Source: Planctomycetota bacterium (GTDB taxonomy: Bacteria; Planctomycetota; B15-G4; SIAN01). From it: 64,000 nucleotides of DNA. A model generated the notes under the pieces. It was given only the letters and a program-made list of their open reading frames with translations. It made no database searches and was not told the origin of the DNA. The stretch is from the NCBI GenBank assembly GCA_031409275.1, contig JANNXA010000014.1:64001-128000 (forward strand). The letters are read 5' to 3'. This document shows, piece after piece, positions 1 through 12,068 of the stretch (positions are counted from its first letter, which is position 1; each line of letters opens with the position of its first letter). A program made the translations under genes and the position numbers.

Positions 1-1
1 T

Positions 2-421
2 GCCGCGCCCCGTGGCGAGGGGTTGATCGCGCTCGTCGCCGCCGGCACGGCCGACTTGCCAGTGGCCGAAGAGGCGCGCCTCACCGCCACGATGATGGGC
101 GCGCGCGTCGAGGCGCACTACGACGTCGGCGTGGCGGGAATCCACCGGTTGCTCCAAGCGCTTCCACGGATCCGTCGCGCTCGCGTCGCCATCGTCGTCG
201 CGGGAATGGAAGGGGCGTTGCCCAGCGTCGTTGCCGGCCTGCTCGATCGGCCGGTGATCGCCGTTCCCACCAGCGTCGGCTACGGCGCGGCGTTCGGCGG
301 GCTTGCAGCGCTGCTGACGATGATCAACTCCTGCGCGGCAGGTGTCAGCGTGGTCAACATCGACAACGGTTTCGGAGCGGGCTATACCGCTGCCCTCGTG
401 AACCGTGCGCCGCGGCGCTGA
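2..421 (+). CDS. larB: LarB-family nickel-pincer cofactor biosynthesis protein (PurE-like), 5'-truncated by window edge
   Basis: Motifs [56 protein letters not shown]; frame is open back to position 2. Confidence 0.9.
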   Translation, partial: AAPRGEGLIALVAAGTADLPVAEEARLTATMMGARVEAHYDVGVAGIHRLLQALPRIRRARVAIVVAGMEGALPSVVAGLLDRPVIAVPTSVGYGAAFGGLAALLTMINSCAAGVSVVNIDNGFGAGYTAALVNRAPRR

Positions 422-487
422 TCCACGCCAGCGGAGCGTCGCGGCGGTCACCCGCGCCCGTCACTTCCCGCAACGCGAAGGGCCTCC

Positions 488-1645
488 ATGCACGCTCCGG
501 CCTGGCTTGTCTTCGAAGATGGCACCACGTTCTCCGGCCGCTCGATCGGCCGCGCCGGCGAGACCTTCGGCGAGGTCGTCTTCAACACCTCGATGAGCGG
601 CTACCAGGAGATCCTGACCGACCCCTCCTACAAGGGGCAGGTCGTCGTGATGACCTATCCGCTGATCGGCAACTACGGCATCGCGCCGTCCGACGGCGAG
701 AGCCCGCGTTGCTGGCTCGAGGGCTTCGTCGTGCGCGAACTCTCGAAGGTCCCGTCCAACTTCCGCAGCGTCATCGACCTCGATCGCTGGCTCGACGAGC
801 AGGGCGTCGTCGGCATCGAAGAGGTCGACACGCGCGCCATCGTCCGCAAGATCCGCGCGGGCAAGGTGCAGCGCGTCGGCATCTCGGCGACCGAGCGCGA
901 CCCCAAGCGCCTGCATGCGCGCGTGCTCGCGTCGCCGCGCACCGACGGACTCGACCTCGTGAAGACGGTCACCCGCGCGAAGGCGGAGCAGTGGGTGCAA
1001 GGCCTCGACCTCGCCGAATTCCAGCCGAAGCCCGCCAACTTCTCCGGACCGCGCTACAAGATCGTCGCCTACGACTTCGGCATGAAGAGCAACATCCTGC
1101 GCAGCCTGGTTTCGACCGGCTTCGAGGTCGAGGTCGTGCCGGCCGCGACGTCGTGGCGCGAGGTGATGGCGAAGTCGCCGGACGGCGTCTTCTTCTCGAA
1201 CGGGCCGGGCGATCCCGAACCGGTCCACTACGCCGTCGAGAATGCGCGCGCCTTCCTCGAGCAGCGCGTCCCCTTCTTCGGCATCTGCCTCGGTCACCAA
1301 CTGCTCGGACTCGCGCTGAACGGCAAGACGCGCAAGATGCCGTTCGGTCACCACGGCGGGAATCAGCCGGTGCTCGATCGCACCACCGGCGCCATCGAGA
1401 TCACGGCCCAGAACCATTCGTTCATGGTCGATCCCGAGACGCTCGACCCGGCGCAGGTCGAGATCACCCACATCAACTTGAACGATCAGACGGTCGAGGG
1501 GATGCGCTGCCGGCAGCTGCCCGCGTTCTCGGTGCAGTACCACCCCGAAGCGGCGCCGGGCCCGCACGACTCGCTCTACCTCTTCAAACGCTTCCGTTCG
1601 TTGATCGAACAGCAGCGCTCTGCCACCGCCGGCCTGCCGCGCTAG
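488..1645 (+). CDS. carA: Carbamoyl-phosphate synthase small subunit
   Basis: GEVVFNTSMSGYQEILTDPSY, SNGPGDP, GICLGHQ (catalytic Cys), QYHPEAAPGPHD. Confidence 0.97.
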   Translation: MHAPAWLVFEDGTTFSGRSIGRAGETFGEVVFNTSMSGYQEILTDPSYKGQVVVMTYPLIGNYGIAPSDGESPRCWLEGFVVRELSKVPSNFRSVIDLDRWLDEQGVVGIEEVDTRAIVRKIRAGKVQRVGISATERDPKRLHARVLASPRTDGLDLVKTVTRAKAEQWVQGLDLAEFQPKPANFSGPRYKIVAYDFGMKSNILRSLVSTGFEVEVVPAATSWREVMAKSPDGVFFSNGPGDPEPVHYAVENARAFLEQRVPFFGICLGHQLLGLALNGKTRKMPFGHHGGNQPVLDRTTGAIEITAQNHSFMVDPETLDPAQVEITHINLNDQTVEGMRCRQLPAFSVQYHPEAAPGPHDSLYLFKRFRSLIEQQRSATAGLPR

Positions 1646-1735
1646 TCTCCCGCCCCGCGTCGCGCCGGTGGGAGGCCCCTCCGCCGTGTTCGGCCCACGA
1701 TGGGCCGCGCGCGCCGCCATGAGGGGAACTCGCCA

Positions 1736-3646
1736 ATGGTGTTTCACCTGTTCGCGGCGCTGCTTTTCACGGCGCGCGGAGTGCCGACGCTCGACCAGCC
1801 GGAGCTGAAGCGGCTCGCCGATCGATGCGGCAGCCAGATCGACTGGTTGCGCGACCTGCCCGCGGTGGACGAAGCGGGCGGCGCATTCAACTACGTGCGC
1901 GACGGCAAGAAGCTCGACGCCAACGCGTTGAACCAGGGCGAGCTCCCGCCGGCGGCGCTGAAGCAGAAGATCGGCGAAGCGCTGTCGCGCGCGCGACTGG
2001 AGAAGAAGCTGGTGCTCTGGCACGTCTGGCGCCTCGAAGGCGGTCAGATGTATCGCGCGCCAATCCTCGACGACTACATGGATCAGGTGCTCTGGAGCGA
2101 TCCGGAGCTGGTCGCGCTGGTGAACGCCAACTTCGTGCCGCTGCGCACGCGCCTCTCCAAGGAGGTCGGCGCGCAGTTCGGACTCGTCGCATGGGAGTCG
2201 ATCGAACCGGCGCTCGTCTTCCTGACGCCCGACGGCAAGGTCGTCCACTCGATGGACCGGCTGCGCACCTTCGATGCCCACTGGTTCGCCGACGTGATGC
2301 GACGCGTGCTCGCGGCCCATCCCGAGTTCGATCCGGAAGATCAGAAGCCTGCCGCCGCTGACTCCTTCGCGACGCCCGACGCCGGCGCGCTGGAGCAGTC
2401 GCGCACCGCCTACTACGCCGCGATGGGCGAATGGCTAGCGGGTCGTGACGATGCGGCGCTCGACGGCTGGAAGAAGCTGATCGCGGCGCAGCCCGACAGC
2501 CCGTTCGCCTGGCGCGCCGCCGCCAACTTCGTGATCACGCCCGACAAGACCCCGGCCGGCGCGGCACGCCACGCGTTCGAAGGACCGGGCGCGCTCGCGC
2601 TGCCGACCGACGGCGCGCTGCCGCGCGACACGCGCTGGCGGCGCAAGCCGTCGGACGCCGAGAGCGTGGCGGAGAATGCGCTGCGGTGGCTGCTGCGGAC
2701 GCAGCGAGCCGACGGCTCGTGGAACGATTGCCGCTACGCCTACTGGAGCACGCCGGCGATCACCCCGAATGCCTGGATGGCGATCACCGCGCTGGCCGCG
2801 ACGGCGCTGCTCGAGTGGCGCGACCTGGCGCCCGATGAGGTCGACGCCGCGCTGTCGCGTGCCGAGGAGTACATGTTCAGCAGCGCCGGCGGCCGGATGA
2901 ACCTCGGCGAGAACGAGGAGTGCTACGCCCACGGCTATCGGATCCTCTACGTCGAACGGGTCCTCGCCCAGACCGAGGATGCGGAGTTGCGCGGGCCGCT
3001 GGTCGCGCGCCTGCAAGGGCTCGTGCAGCAGCTGGTGGGCACGCAGCGGCAGGGCGGCCAGTGGGCGCACGAGTACGACAACGCCTTCTGCACGGCGGCC
3101 GCGCTCGAAGCGCTGCGGCGCGCGCAGGCGGGCGGGGCGAAGGTCCCTGAAGCGGCGCTCACGCGCGGCCTCGACGGCCTGCAGGCGGCGCGCTACGCCG
3201 ACGGCACCTACGGCTACGGCGGTGGCGGCGCGCGCGGCAAGCCGGCGCCTCACCCCGACCACGTGAAGGATTCCAGCGGCCGCATGCCGGCATGCGAATC
3301 GGAGCTGGTGGCGGCCGGTCGTTCCGATGCGACCGCGCTGGGCAAGGCGTTCGCCGCGTACCGCCAGTACTTCGATCGCTTCGAGAAGATCTCGAAATGC
3401 GACTTCCACACCGATGGCGAGCTCGGCGGCTTCTTCTTCTTCAACGATCTCTACCAGTCGTCGGTCGCGCTGGCGCAGGTGCCGGCTTCCGCTCGGCCCG
3501 AGCTGCGCCGCTGGTTCGTCGAGCGCATCACCGCGCTGCCGGAGATCGACGGGTCGTTCCTGGATGACCACGAGATCGGCAAGAGCTGCAGCACGGCGTT
3601 CGCGCTGCTGGCGCTGAAGAACGCACTCGCGACGGACGCCCAATGA
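1736..3646 (+). CDS. Exported protein: thioredoxin-like domain without CxxC, TPR-like helix and prenyltransferase/squalene-cyclase-like barrel
   Basis: Hydrophobic N-terminus; VNANFVPLR...PALVFLTPDGKVV (Trx-like); QW-type repeats WLLRTQRADGSW, QRQGGQW, RYADGTYGY. Confidence 0.6.
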   Translation: MVFHLFAALLFTARGVPTLDQPELKRLADRCGSQIDWLRDLPAVDEAGGAFNYVRDGKKLDANALNQGELPPAALKQKIGEALSRARLEKKLVLWHVWRLEGGQMYRAPILDDYMDQVLWSDPELVALVNANFVPLRTRLSKEVGAQFGLVAWESIEPALVFLTPDGKVVHSMDRLRTFDAHWFADVMRRVLAAHPEFDPEDQKPAAADSFATPDAGALEQSRTAYYAAMGEWLAGRDDAALDGWKKLIAAQPDSPFAWRAAANFVITPDKTPAGAARHAFEGPGALALPTDGALPRDTRWRRKPSDAESVAENALRWLLRTQRADGSWNDCRYAYWSTPAITPNAWMAITALAATALLEWRDLAPDEVDAALSRAEEYMFSSAGGRMNLGENEECYAHGYRILYVERVLAQTEDAELRGPLVARLQGLVQQLVGTQRQGGQWAHEYDNAFCTAAALEALRRAQAGGAKVPEAALTRGLDGLQAARYADGTYGYGGGGARGKPAPHPDHVKDSSGRMPACESELVAAGRSDATALGKAFAAYRQYFDRFEKISKCDFHTDGELGGFFFFNDLYQSSVALAQVPASARPELRRWFVERITALPEIDGSFLDDHEIGKSCSTAFALLALKNALATDAQ

Positions 3647-5208
3647 GCGGCCTCCTGCTCGGCGGCGTGCTGGCCGCGTTGGCGCAGGCGAGTGCGACGA
3701 CCGGCCCGCCCACGGTTCGCTACGAGGTCGCCCTCGACGCGTCCAGCGCGGGCGATGCCGCTCGCTGGCACGTGCGCGCCACCTTTCCGCATGAAGGTGA
3801 CGCGCCGCTCGAGTTCTGGATGCCGCGCTGGACCGCGGGCGCCTACCACCTCGCCGAGTACGGACAGTTCGTCGAGAAGCTCGTGGCGCGCGACGCCGCC
3901 AGCGGCGCCGAGCTTGCGGTCGATCGCGACGGGAAGAACCGCTTCGTGGTCGCGGCCGGTCCGGCGAGTTCGGTGACGCTCGACTACGTCGCACGGCCAT
4001 GCGCGCAGGCCAGCATCAACGAGAACATGATCCTCGAGGTCGAAGGCAACCGCATCACGCGCGACTACGCCTTCATTTCGCCCAACTCGCTGCTCGGCTT
4101 CGTGCGCGGCGCGCAGGAGCTGCCGTGCAGCGTGCGCTTCGAATTGCCGTCGGGCTGGACGGCCGCATCGGCGCTGCCAACCGCCGACGATGGCGCCCTG
4201 CAGGCGCCGTCGTGGTGGCGGCTCGAAGACTCGCCGGTCCTGCTGTCGGCGCAGATGACGACGGTGCCCTTCGAGGTCGACGGGATCCCCCACCACTTCA
4301 CGCTGCAAGGCGGCGACGCCGCGCGCGCCGCGACGCTCGCCGACCATTGCCGCCGGATGGCGGAAGCGGGACGCGACTGGATGCAGGGGCTCCCGTACTC
4401 GAACTACCACTTCCTCCTGGTCGTCGATCCGCGCGAGCAGGGAGGCGCCGGACTCGAGCACAGCAACTCGACCTTGATCGCCGTCGATCCAAGCGTCGCA
4501 GCAAGCGACGAGATCGACCATCTGCTGGCGCACGAGTACTTCCACAGCTGGTGCGCGGAGCGGATCCACGTCGCGGCGCTCGATCGCCCCGACTACACGC
4601 AGCCGCTGGTCACCGGCACCATCTGGGTCAACGAGGGGCTGACCGAGTACTTCTGCCGCCACCTGTTGGTGCGCGCCGGGCTGCGCACGCGCGCGCAGTT
4701 CTTCGCCGGCCTCGCCGAAGAGGGGCGCAACGCTCGCATGCTGTGGACGGCGGCGTCGGACCGCTCGTGGAGCGACGTTTCGCGTGACGCCGCGAACTGG
4801 GACGACTTCGGGGACCTGATGGCGTTCTCGGTGAAGCACTACCAGGGCGGCTGCGTCACCATCTTCGCGCTCGACCTCGACATGCGCGCCGCATCGGCGG
4901 GCGAGCGCGGCGTCGCCGACCTGCTGCGCTTCTTGCAGCAGGCATACGGCACGCGCGGCAAGGGGTTCGCCGAGGATGCGATGCCCGCGATCGTGGCCGG
5001 GATCGCGCAGGCGAATCTCGACGCCTTCTTCGCCGAGCACATCGACGGCAAGACGCTGCCGAAGCTGCGCGATCGGCTGAGCACCATCGGCTACGCGGTC
5101 AAGGGCGGCCTGCAGGAGATCGTCCCCGTGCCCGACGCCACGTTCGAGCAAGGGGATGCGCTCGAGGACTTCTTCACGCCGCCGCCCGCCGCACCCCGAT
5201 CCCGCTGA
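3643..5208 (+). CDS. M61-family (glycyl aminopeptidase-like) zinc metallopeptidase, secreted
   Basis: MPRWTAGAY, GAGLEH, HEYFHSW (HExxH), WVNEGLTEY; signal peptide; ATGA overlap with upstream gene. Confidence 0.88.
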   Translation: MSGLLLGGVLAALAQASATTGPPTVRYEVALDASSAGDAARWHVRATFPHEGDAPLEFWMPRWTAGAYHLAEYGQFVEKLVARDAASGAELAVDRDGKNRFVVAAGPASSVTLDYVARPCAQASINENMILEVEGNRITRDYAFISPNSLLGFVRGAQELPCSVRFELPSGWTAASALPTADDGALQAPSWWRLEDSPVLLSAQMTTVPFEVDGIPHHFTLQGGDAARAATLADHCRRMAEAGRDWMQGLPYSNYHFLLVVDPREQGGAGLEHSNSTLIAVDPSVAASDEIDHLLAHEYFHSWCAERIHVAALDRPDYTQPLVTGTIWVNEGLTEYFCRHLLVRAGLRTRAQFFAGLAEEGRNARMLWTAASDRSWSDVSRDAANWDDFGDLMAFSVKHYQGGCVTIFALDLDMRAASAGERGVADLLRFLQQAYGTRGKGFAEDAMPAIVAGIAQANLDAFFAEHIDGKTLPKLRDRLSTIGYAVKGGLQEIVPVPDATFEQGDALEDFFTPPPAAPRSR

Positions 5209-5214
5209 ACTCGC

Positions 5215-6474
5215 TCAGAAGGTGACGTCGACGCGCAGCATCCCGACCCAGGCGTCGTCGACGCTCGCGTCGCCGCCCGGATGGAAGACGCGCTGCAGGT
5301 CAGGTCGCACGATCAGCCACGGCGTGACCTGGATCTTCCAAGCCAGCTCCGCGGCGATCTCTTCGTCTTCGGTGAAGCCGGCACCGGCCTCGCCCGACAG
5401 GTCCACCCATGAGATCGCCAGCGCGAAGACGTCGTCGTCGCGACCCTCGCAGCCGCCGGTCCATTGCAGTCCGATCGCGGCGTGGTGCGACGCCTCGCTG
5501 ACCTCCTCGTCGGCGCAACCCAGCAGGATCGCACAGGCGATTCCCTGCATGTCCTCGGCGTCGTCGGCGTTCTCGCGCCACAACGTCTGGTCGAAGGTGG
5601 CGTAGAAGGTCTCGGTTCCTTCGGTAGTCGAGCCGTCGAAGCGATCGAACGTCCCGCTGTGATGCGACGCGCCGATGGCCAGCCGTCCTGGCAACGTCTC
5701 TTCGCAGCACGACCAGCGCAGACCGAGCTCGCCGATCCAGTAGAGGTCATCGGGCGCGCCGAGGAAGGTCTTCGGTCCGCGACCACCCGTGCGCACGCCC
5801 TCCTGGCCGGCACCGTCGAAGCAGCCGGCCGACAACGAGCCGCTCTCGCTCCAGCTCCAGAACGCGCAGATCGCGGTGGCCGGGTCGGGATAGGTGGGCA
5901 GCCCCGTCGTCGGCGATACCACCAGGGAGCTGTGCAGCAGTTCGCCCGCGTTCTCGACCACGCTGAACTCGGTGCTGGCGTCGATCTTGCCGAGCTTGAG
6001 CCGCCACGTGCCGTCGGCGAAGAGTTGCTCGTACCAGACCTCCGCGATCTGGTGCATGGGGCTTGAATCGAAGTTCGACAGCGCCTGCCAATCGCCGACG
6101 TCGTTCGACACCTGGCGGCCGTTCAGCGAGTAGGCGTCGAGGAAGAGCGTCGCGCCCGGCACGCCGGCCAGCGCTTCGAGATCGAAGGTGAAGTTGACGT
6201 CGAGCAGGTGGTGGAACGTCGAACGCTCGCGAACGCCGCCAGCGAGCACGCGCGCGAGTTCCGCGGTCCAGCCGCCCTCGACCGCGATTCCGGCATCAGC
6301 GAGCGAACTCCGTGCGCCCCCCCACTCACCGGTGAGCTTCTCTTGTTCGAGAATGCCTTGCGCGCTGGCGCGCCCGCCGATGACGAGCAATGCCGTGCTC
6401 GCCGCAGCGAGTCCTAGAGCGCGCTCCAGGCGCGAACGCGTCGGCCCCCCGCTTCCATCGCCGGATCGGTCCAC
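5215..6474 (-). CDS. OprB-family carbohydrate-selective porin
   Basis: LTGEWGGARSSL, EVWYEQ, LKLGKID, PTYPDPA, RPDLQ, C-terminal Phe; GTG start with AGGGGA SD; signal ending ASA-Q. Confidence 0.85.
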   Translation of the reverse strand: MDRSGDGSGGPTRSRLERALGLAAASTALLVIGGRASAQGILEQEKLTGEWGGARSSLADAGIAVEGGWTAELARVLAGGVRERSTFHHLLDVNFTFDLEALAGVPGATLFLDAYSLNGRQVSNDVGDWQALSNFDSSPMHQIAEVWYEQLFADGTWRLKLGKIDASTEFSVVENAGELLHSSLVVSPTTGLPTYPDPATAICAFWSWSESGSLSAGCFDGAGQEGVRTGGRGPKTFLGAPDDLYWIGELGLRWSCCEETLPGRLAIGASHHSGTFDRFDGSTTEGTETFYATFDQTLWRENADDAEDMQGIACAILLGCADEEVSEASHHAAIGLQWTGGCEGRDDDVFALAISWVDLSGEAGAGFTEDEEIAAELAWKIQVTPWLIVRPDLQRVFHPGGDASVDDAWVGMLRVDVTF

Positions 6475-6679
6475 GTGACATCCCCTGTTGTCGATCAAGT
6501 TGATGAAGCGTCGAGTGTCGGACTCGGCACTGCGCGGCTCGATCGGCGCGTGAACGCGACCAGCTCGATCGGCGGGGCCAGGAATGGCGACGCCTCCCCG
6601 GGGGAAAGGGAGATCGTGCAGACGATTCCATGGCGGAGAGCGACGACAGGGCGAAGACCGGAAGGACGTTCCGATGACG

Positions 6680-6711
6680 AGCCGGAGGCGAGGCGCTCCC
6701 CGCCTCCGGCT
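6680..6711 (-). terminator. GC-rich hairpin at the stop codon of the 6710-7081 gene (no U-tract)
   Basis: AGCCGGAGGCG-10 nt-CGCCTCCGGCT, perfect 11-bp inverted repeat. Confidence 0.4.
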
Positions 6712-7081
6712 AGCGGCCGGTGACGAGGTCCACTTGCAGCGACGCCGGCGCGTCGGCCGGCAGCGCGAAGGACGCGGTCGCGCGGCGTGCACGGCGACGC
6801 GGGCTTCGATCGAACGGCAGCGTGGTCAGCGGCGCGCGCGCGATCTCGACGCGTCGACCGCTTTCATCGATCGCGCTCAACACCGCGATGCCGCGCGCCG
6901 CCGAGAAGTCGCGGTCGGCGCGAACCCGCATCGACAGGCGGTCGGCCTGGCGCGAGACCTGCTCGACGACCAGGCCGCGAGCGGTCGTCAGGGCGGAGCC
7001 TGCATCGCTCGCAGTCGGCGCGGCGACCGCGGCCGTCGTCGAGACGAGGGCGAAGGCTAGGGCGAGGAGCGGCCGAGTCAA
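6710..7081 (-). CDS. Small secreted hypothetical protein (123 aa)
   Basis: TTG start with GGAG SD; signal-like LTRPLLALAFALVSTTAAVA. Confidence 0.6.
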   Translation of the reverse strand: MTRPLLALAFALVSTTAAVAAPTASDAGSALTTARGLVVEQVSRQADRLSMRVRADRDFSAARGIAVLSAIDESGRRVEIARAPLTTLPFDRSPRRRARRATASFALPADAPASLQVDLVTGR

Positions 7082-7303
7082 GGGAGCTCTCCGTGGGGAG
7101 GGAGGGACCGGGGGGCAAGCGACTGGACCGCGACGCGTCACCCTTACCGTGCGCGCCGAGGCCGGCCACCCGATCGGACGAACTTTCCGTGGAAAGCGAG
7201 CGCCGCATCCCTCAAGACCCCCGGGAATTCGGCTCCCCCTTGGCCGTCGAACGGGGTCGTGGTTCAATCGCGCGCCCCCCAACCGAATCGGACGATCGTC
7301 CCC

Positions 7304-7678
7304 ATGGCTGCCCCCTCGTCGCTCCACGAACCCGCCGGCACGAACCTCCTCGGCGAGGCGCTCGGCGACTCGCGCCAGAAGTTCCGCCAGCTCGTCGGCT
7401 CGCTCGACGCCATCGTCGCCAGCGGCCGCCTCGAAGAGGGGCGTGCCCACCTCCACAAGCTCGTCGCGATGCAGACCGAGCTCCATCGAATGCTGAACCC
7501 GCGCGACCGCGTCGATGCCACCTCGCTCGCCCAGATCGATCGCGATGTGGCGCGCCTGCAGAAGGCGCTTGCCAAGGGGGTCGCTGGCGCGGTCGGCAAG
7601 GGGATCCTCGCGGTGGCGGTGGCCGGAGTGCTCGGCGTCGCGGCGCTGCTCTTCCTGATGTGGAAGTTCATCGCCTGA
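7304..7678 (+). CDS. Small helical protein with C-terminal transmembrane anchor
   Basis: Typical high-GC codon pattern; C-terminal ILAVAVAGVLGVAALLFLMW. Confidence 0.6.
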   Translation: MAAPSSLHEPAGTNLLGEALGDSRQKFRQLVGSLDAIVASGRLEEGRAHLHKLVAMQTELHRMLNPRDRVDATSLAQIDRDVARLQKALAKGVAGAVGKGILAVAVAGVLGVAALLFLMWKFIA

Positions 7679-7714
7679 TGGCGCTCGTCGCGCGGCGCCT
7701 CACCGTGCGGCCGC

Positions 7715-9991
<2,277 letters not shown>

Positions 9992-10046
9992 CGCAGGAGA
10001 CGAAGGACGCGCGCCGCCGGGAGCGGTGACGCGTCGCGTGGTCGGT

Positions 10047-10358
10047 TCAAGCGCCCGCCGGACGCACCGGCTCGGCGCATCGACATGGGACACCCGTGCA
10101 GCGCGGGCAGCCGGCGCCGTACTTCGCGCGCGCAGCCGCCTCGAGGTCGACGCCCGCGATGCTGGCCAGCGTCGAGAGCCACGCCAGCACGTCGGCGAAC
10201 TCCTCTTCGAGCGGCTTGCCGCGCACGTTGCGGCGCAAGGCGCGCGAGAGCTCGCCGACCTCCTCGGTGAACCACATGAACGTCCCTTCGAGGCCGCGAT
10301 GGCGATCCTTGGCGCCGAAGGTCGCGTCGATCAGGCGCTGGAACTCGGCGACCGTCAT
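10047..10358 (-). CDS. Single-domain MazG-like nucleotide pyrophosphohydrolase with C-terminal Cys cluster
   Basis: EEVGEL...EEEFADVLAWL; tail CPRC...PCRC. Confidence 0.85.
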   Translation of the reverse strand: MTVAEFQRLIDATFGAKDRHRGLEGTFMWFTEEVGELSRALRRNVRGKPLEEEFADVLAWLSTLASIAGVDLEAAARAKYGAGCPRCTGVPCRCAEPVRPAGA

Positions 10359-12055
10359 GCCGTTCCCCCGCCGCCGCGTCGCAGGGTGAGGAACGTCACG
10401 TCGTCGACTGCCTCGGTGCCGGCCCGGTGGTGCTCGATCGCGGCGAGTGTCGCGTTCACGAAGTCGCCGGCGGCGCGCGCTGCAACCTGCGCGAACAGGC
10501 GATGGGCCGCCGCTTCGCCGAGCTCCTTACCGGAGGCATCCTTGATATCGAACAGCGCGCGAGTGCACAGCAGCACGCGCTCGCCGACGGGCAGCTCGAG
10601 CTCCTTGTCCTTGATCGTGCGATCGAAGATCGGCCCCTTGTCGAAGCCGAGCGCGATGCCGTCGCCGTGGAACGGCTCGGCGGCGGCCGCGCCGACCTTC
10701 ACCCGCAGCAGCGGCGTGTGACCGGCGTTCGCCACCACCAGCCGTCCGCCGGCTGGCTCGACCCGCACCAGCAGCGCCGAGACGTACATGCCGCGGCGCA
10801 GGTCGGGCGCGAGCAGGCGGTTCATGCGACGCAACAGCTCGGCCGGTGAGGTCTCGGCTCCGGCCAACGCCTTCAGGAGCGAGCGGGCCATGGTGACGAC
10901 GATGGCGCCTGGGACACCGCCACCCGACGCCGAGACGACGGCGACTAGCTTGGCGCCGCCCGCCATGTCGGAGACGTCGTAGAAGTCGCCCGCGATCTTT
11001 CCTGCGGGGCGCGCAGCAGCGCCGCACTCGAAGCCCGGCACGGCCGGCAGCTTCTCCGGCAAGAGCGCGGCCTGCACTTCACGCGCAACCTCGATCTGAT
11101 GCGCCTGCGCGGCCTGCTGCTTCTGCATGTCCTGCAGGCCAAGCAGGCTCTGCGTCATGCGATCGAAGGTGCGCGCGAGCACGCCGACCTCGTCCGAGCT
11201 GTGCGCGTGGGTGCGATGCTCGAGATCGCCCGCGGCCACCGTCTCGATGTCCTCGGCGAGCTGCTGGATCGGTCGCGTGATGCGCTGCGCCAGCAGCCAC
11301 GACACCAGCACGCCGATGCCGAGGAAGACGAACGTCAGCAGGAGCATGCTCATGAGCACTCGGCTCAGGCTCTCCCCGATCTTCTCGGCCGACAGTGCCA
11401 CGACGGCCTTGGCGGCAACCTTGCCGTCCTGGTCCTTCACGTCGGCGGCGTAGATGCGCGCCTGGGTCCGCCGCTGCTTGTCGGTGCCCGCGTTGGCAAG
11501 GTAGGCGCCTTCCTGGATCAGCACCTCGGCGAAGCTCCGCGACGTGGTCTGCTCGAACGAGATCGCCGAGTCGCCGTTGATCACCTTCTTCATCGCGGCA
11601 TCGAGGATGACGACGTCGAGCAGCTTGGTGCCGCTCGCTTCGACGAGCTCACGAAGTCGGCGCCGATTGAGCGCGCTGCGCTTCTCGTACTGCGCCTTCT
11701 GCTCCTTCTCGAGCGTCACCTGGCCGAGCCCGCCCTCGTCGCGCGCCTTGGCCCCTTTGCCCTCGAGCGCGGTCTCGTGGAACGGCTCCCAGCAGTTGGC
11801 ATCGACCGCGGCGAGCGCGCGCACCGCCTGCACGCCGGTGGCGTCGATCTCGTCGGAGAGGATCCCGGCGAGGATCCGGTAGAGGATCAGGCCGAAGACG
11901 ATCAGCGATGCGGCGACGGTGGCGGCGGTGGCACCGGAGAACTGGGCGGCAACGCCGAGCCCTGACGCGCGTGGTCGTCCGCCCGCCGGAAGGAGCGCGC
12001 TCGATTCGTCGCGCTCGGGCGCGGCGCGCTTGCGGCGAGGTTTGGTGCGACCCAT
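10355..12055 (-). CDS. Membrane sensor with HAMP and SpoIIE/PP2C-family phosphatase domains
   Basis: Two TM helices, ITRPIQQL...DEVGVLARTFDRM (HAMP), AREVQAALLP, AGDFYD, ANAGH, DDVT. Confidence 0.85.
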   Translation of the reverse strand: MGRTKPRRKRAAPERDESSALLPAGGRPRASGLGVAAQFSGATAATVAASLIVFGLILYRILAGILSDEIDATGVQAVRALAAVDANCWEPFHETALEGKGAKARDEGGLGQVTLEKEQKAQYEKRSALNRRRLRELVEASGTKLLDVVILDAAMKKVINGDSAISFEQTTSRSFAEVLIQEGAYLANAGTDKQRRTQARIYAADVKDQDGKVAAKAVVALSAEKIGESLSRVLMSMLLLTFVFLGIGVLVSWLLAQRITRPIQQLAEDIETVAAGDLEHRTHAHSSDEVGVLARTFDRMTQSLLGLQDMQKQQAAQAHQIEVAREVQAALLPEKLPAVPGFECGAAARPAGKIAGDFYDVSDMAGGAKLVAVVSASGGGVPGAIVVTMARSLLKALAGAETSPAELLRRMNRLLAPDLRRGMYVSALLVRVEPAGGRLVVANAGHTPLLRVKVGAAAAEPFHGDGIALGFDKGPIFDRTIKDKELELPVGERVLLCTRALFDIKDASGKELGEAAAHRLFAQVAARAAGDFVNATLAAIEHHRAGTEAVDDVTFLTLRRGGGGTA

Positions 12056-12068
12056 CGAGGCGCCTCCG

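Noticed and set aside
7082..7303. Possible riboswitch in the divergent intergenic region (CTTTCC-GT-GGAAAG palindrome)
   Set aside because: No recognisable c-di-GMP, cobalamin or other aptamer consensus; a single short palindrome is insufficient
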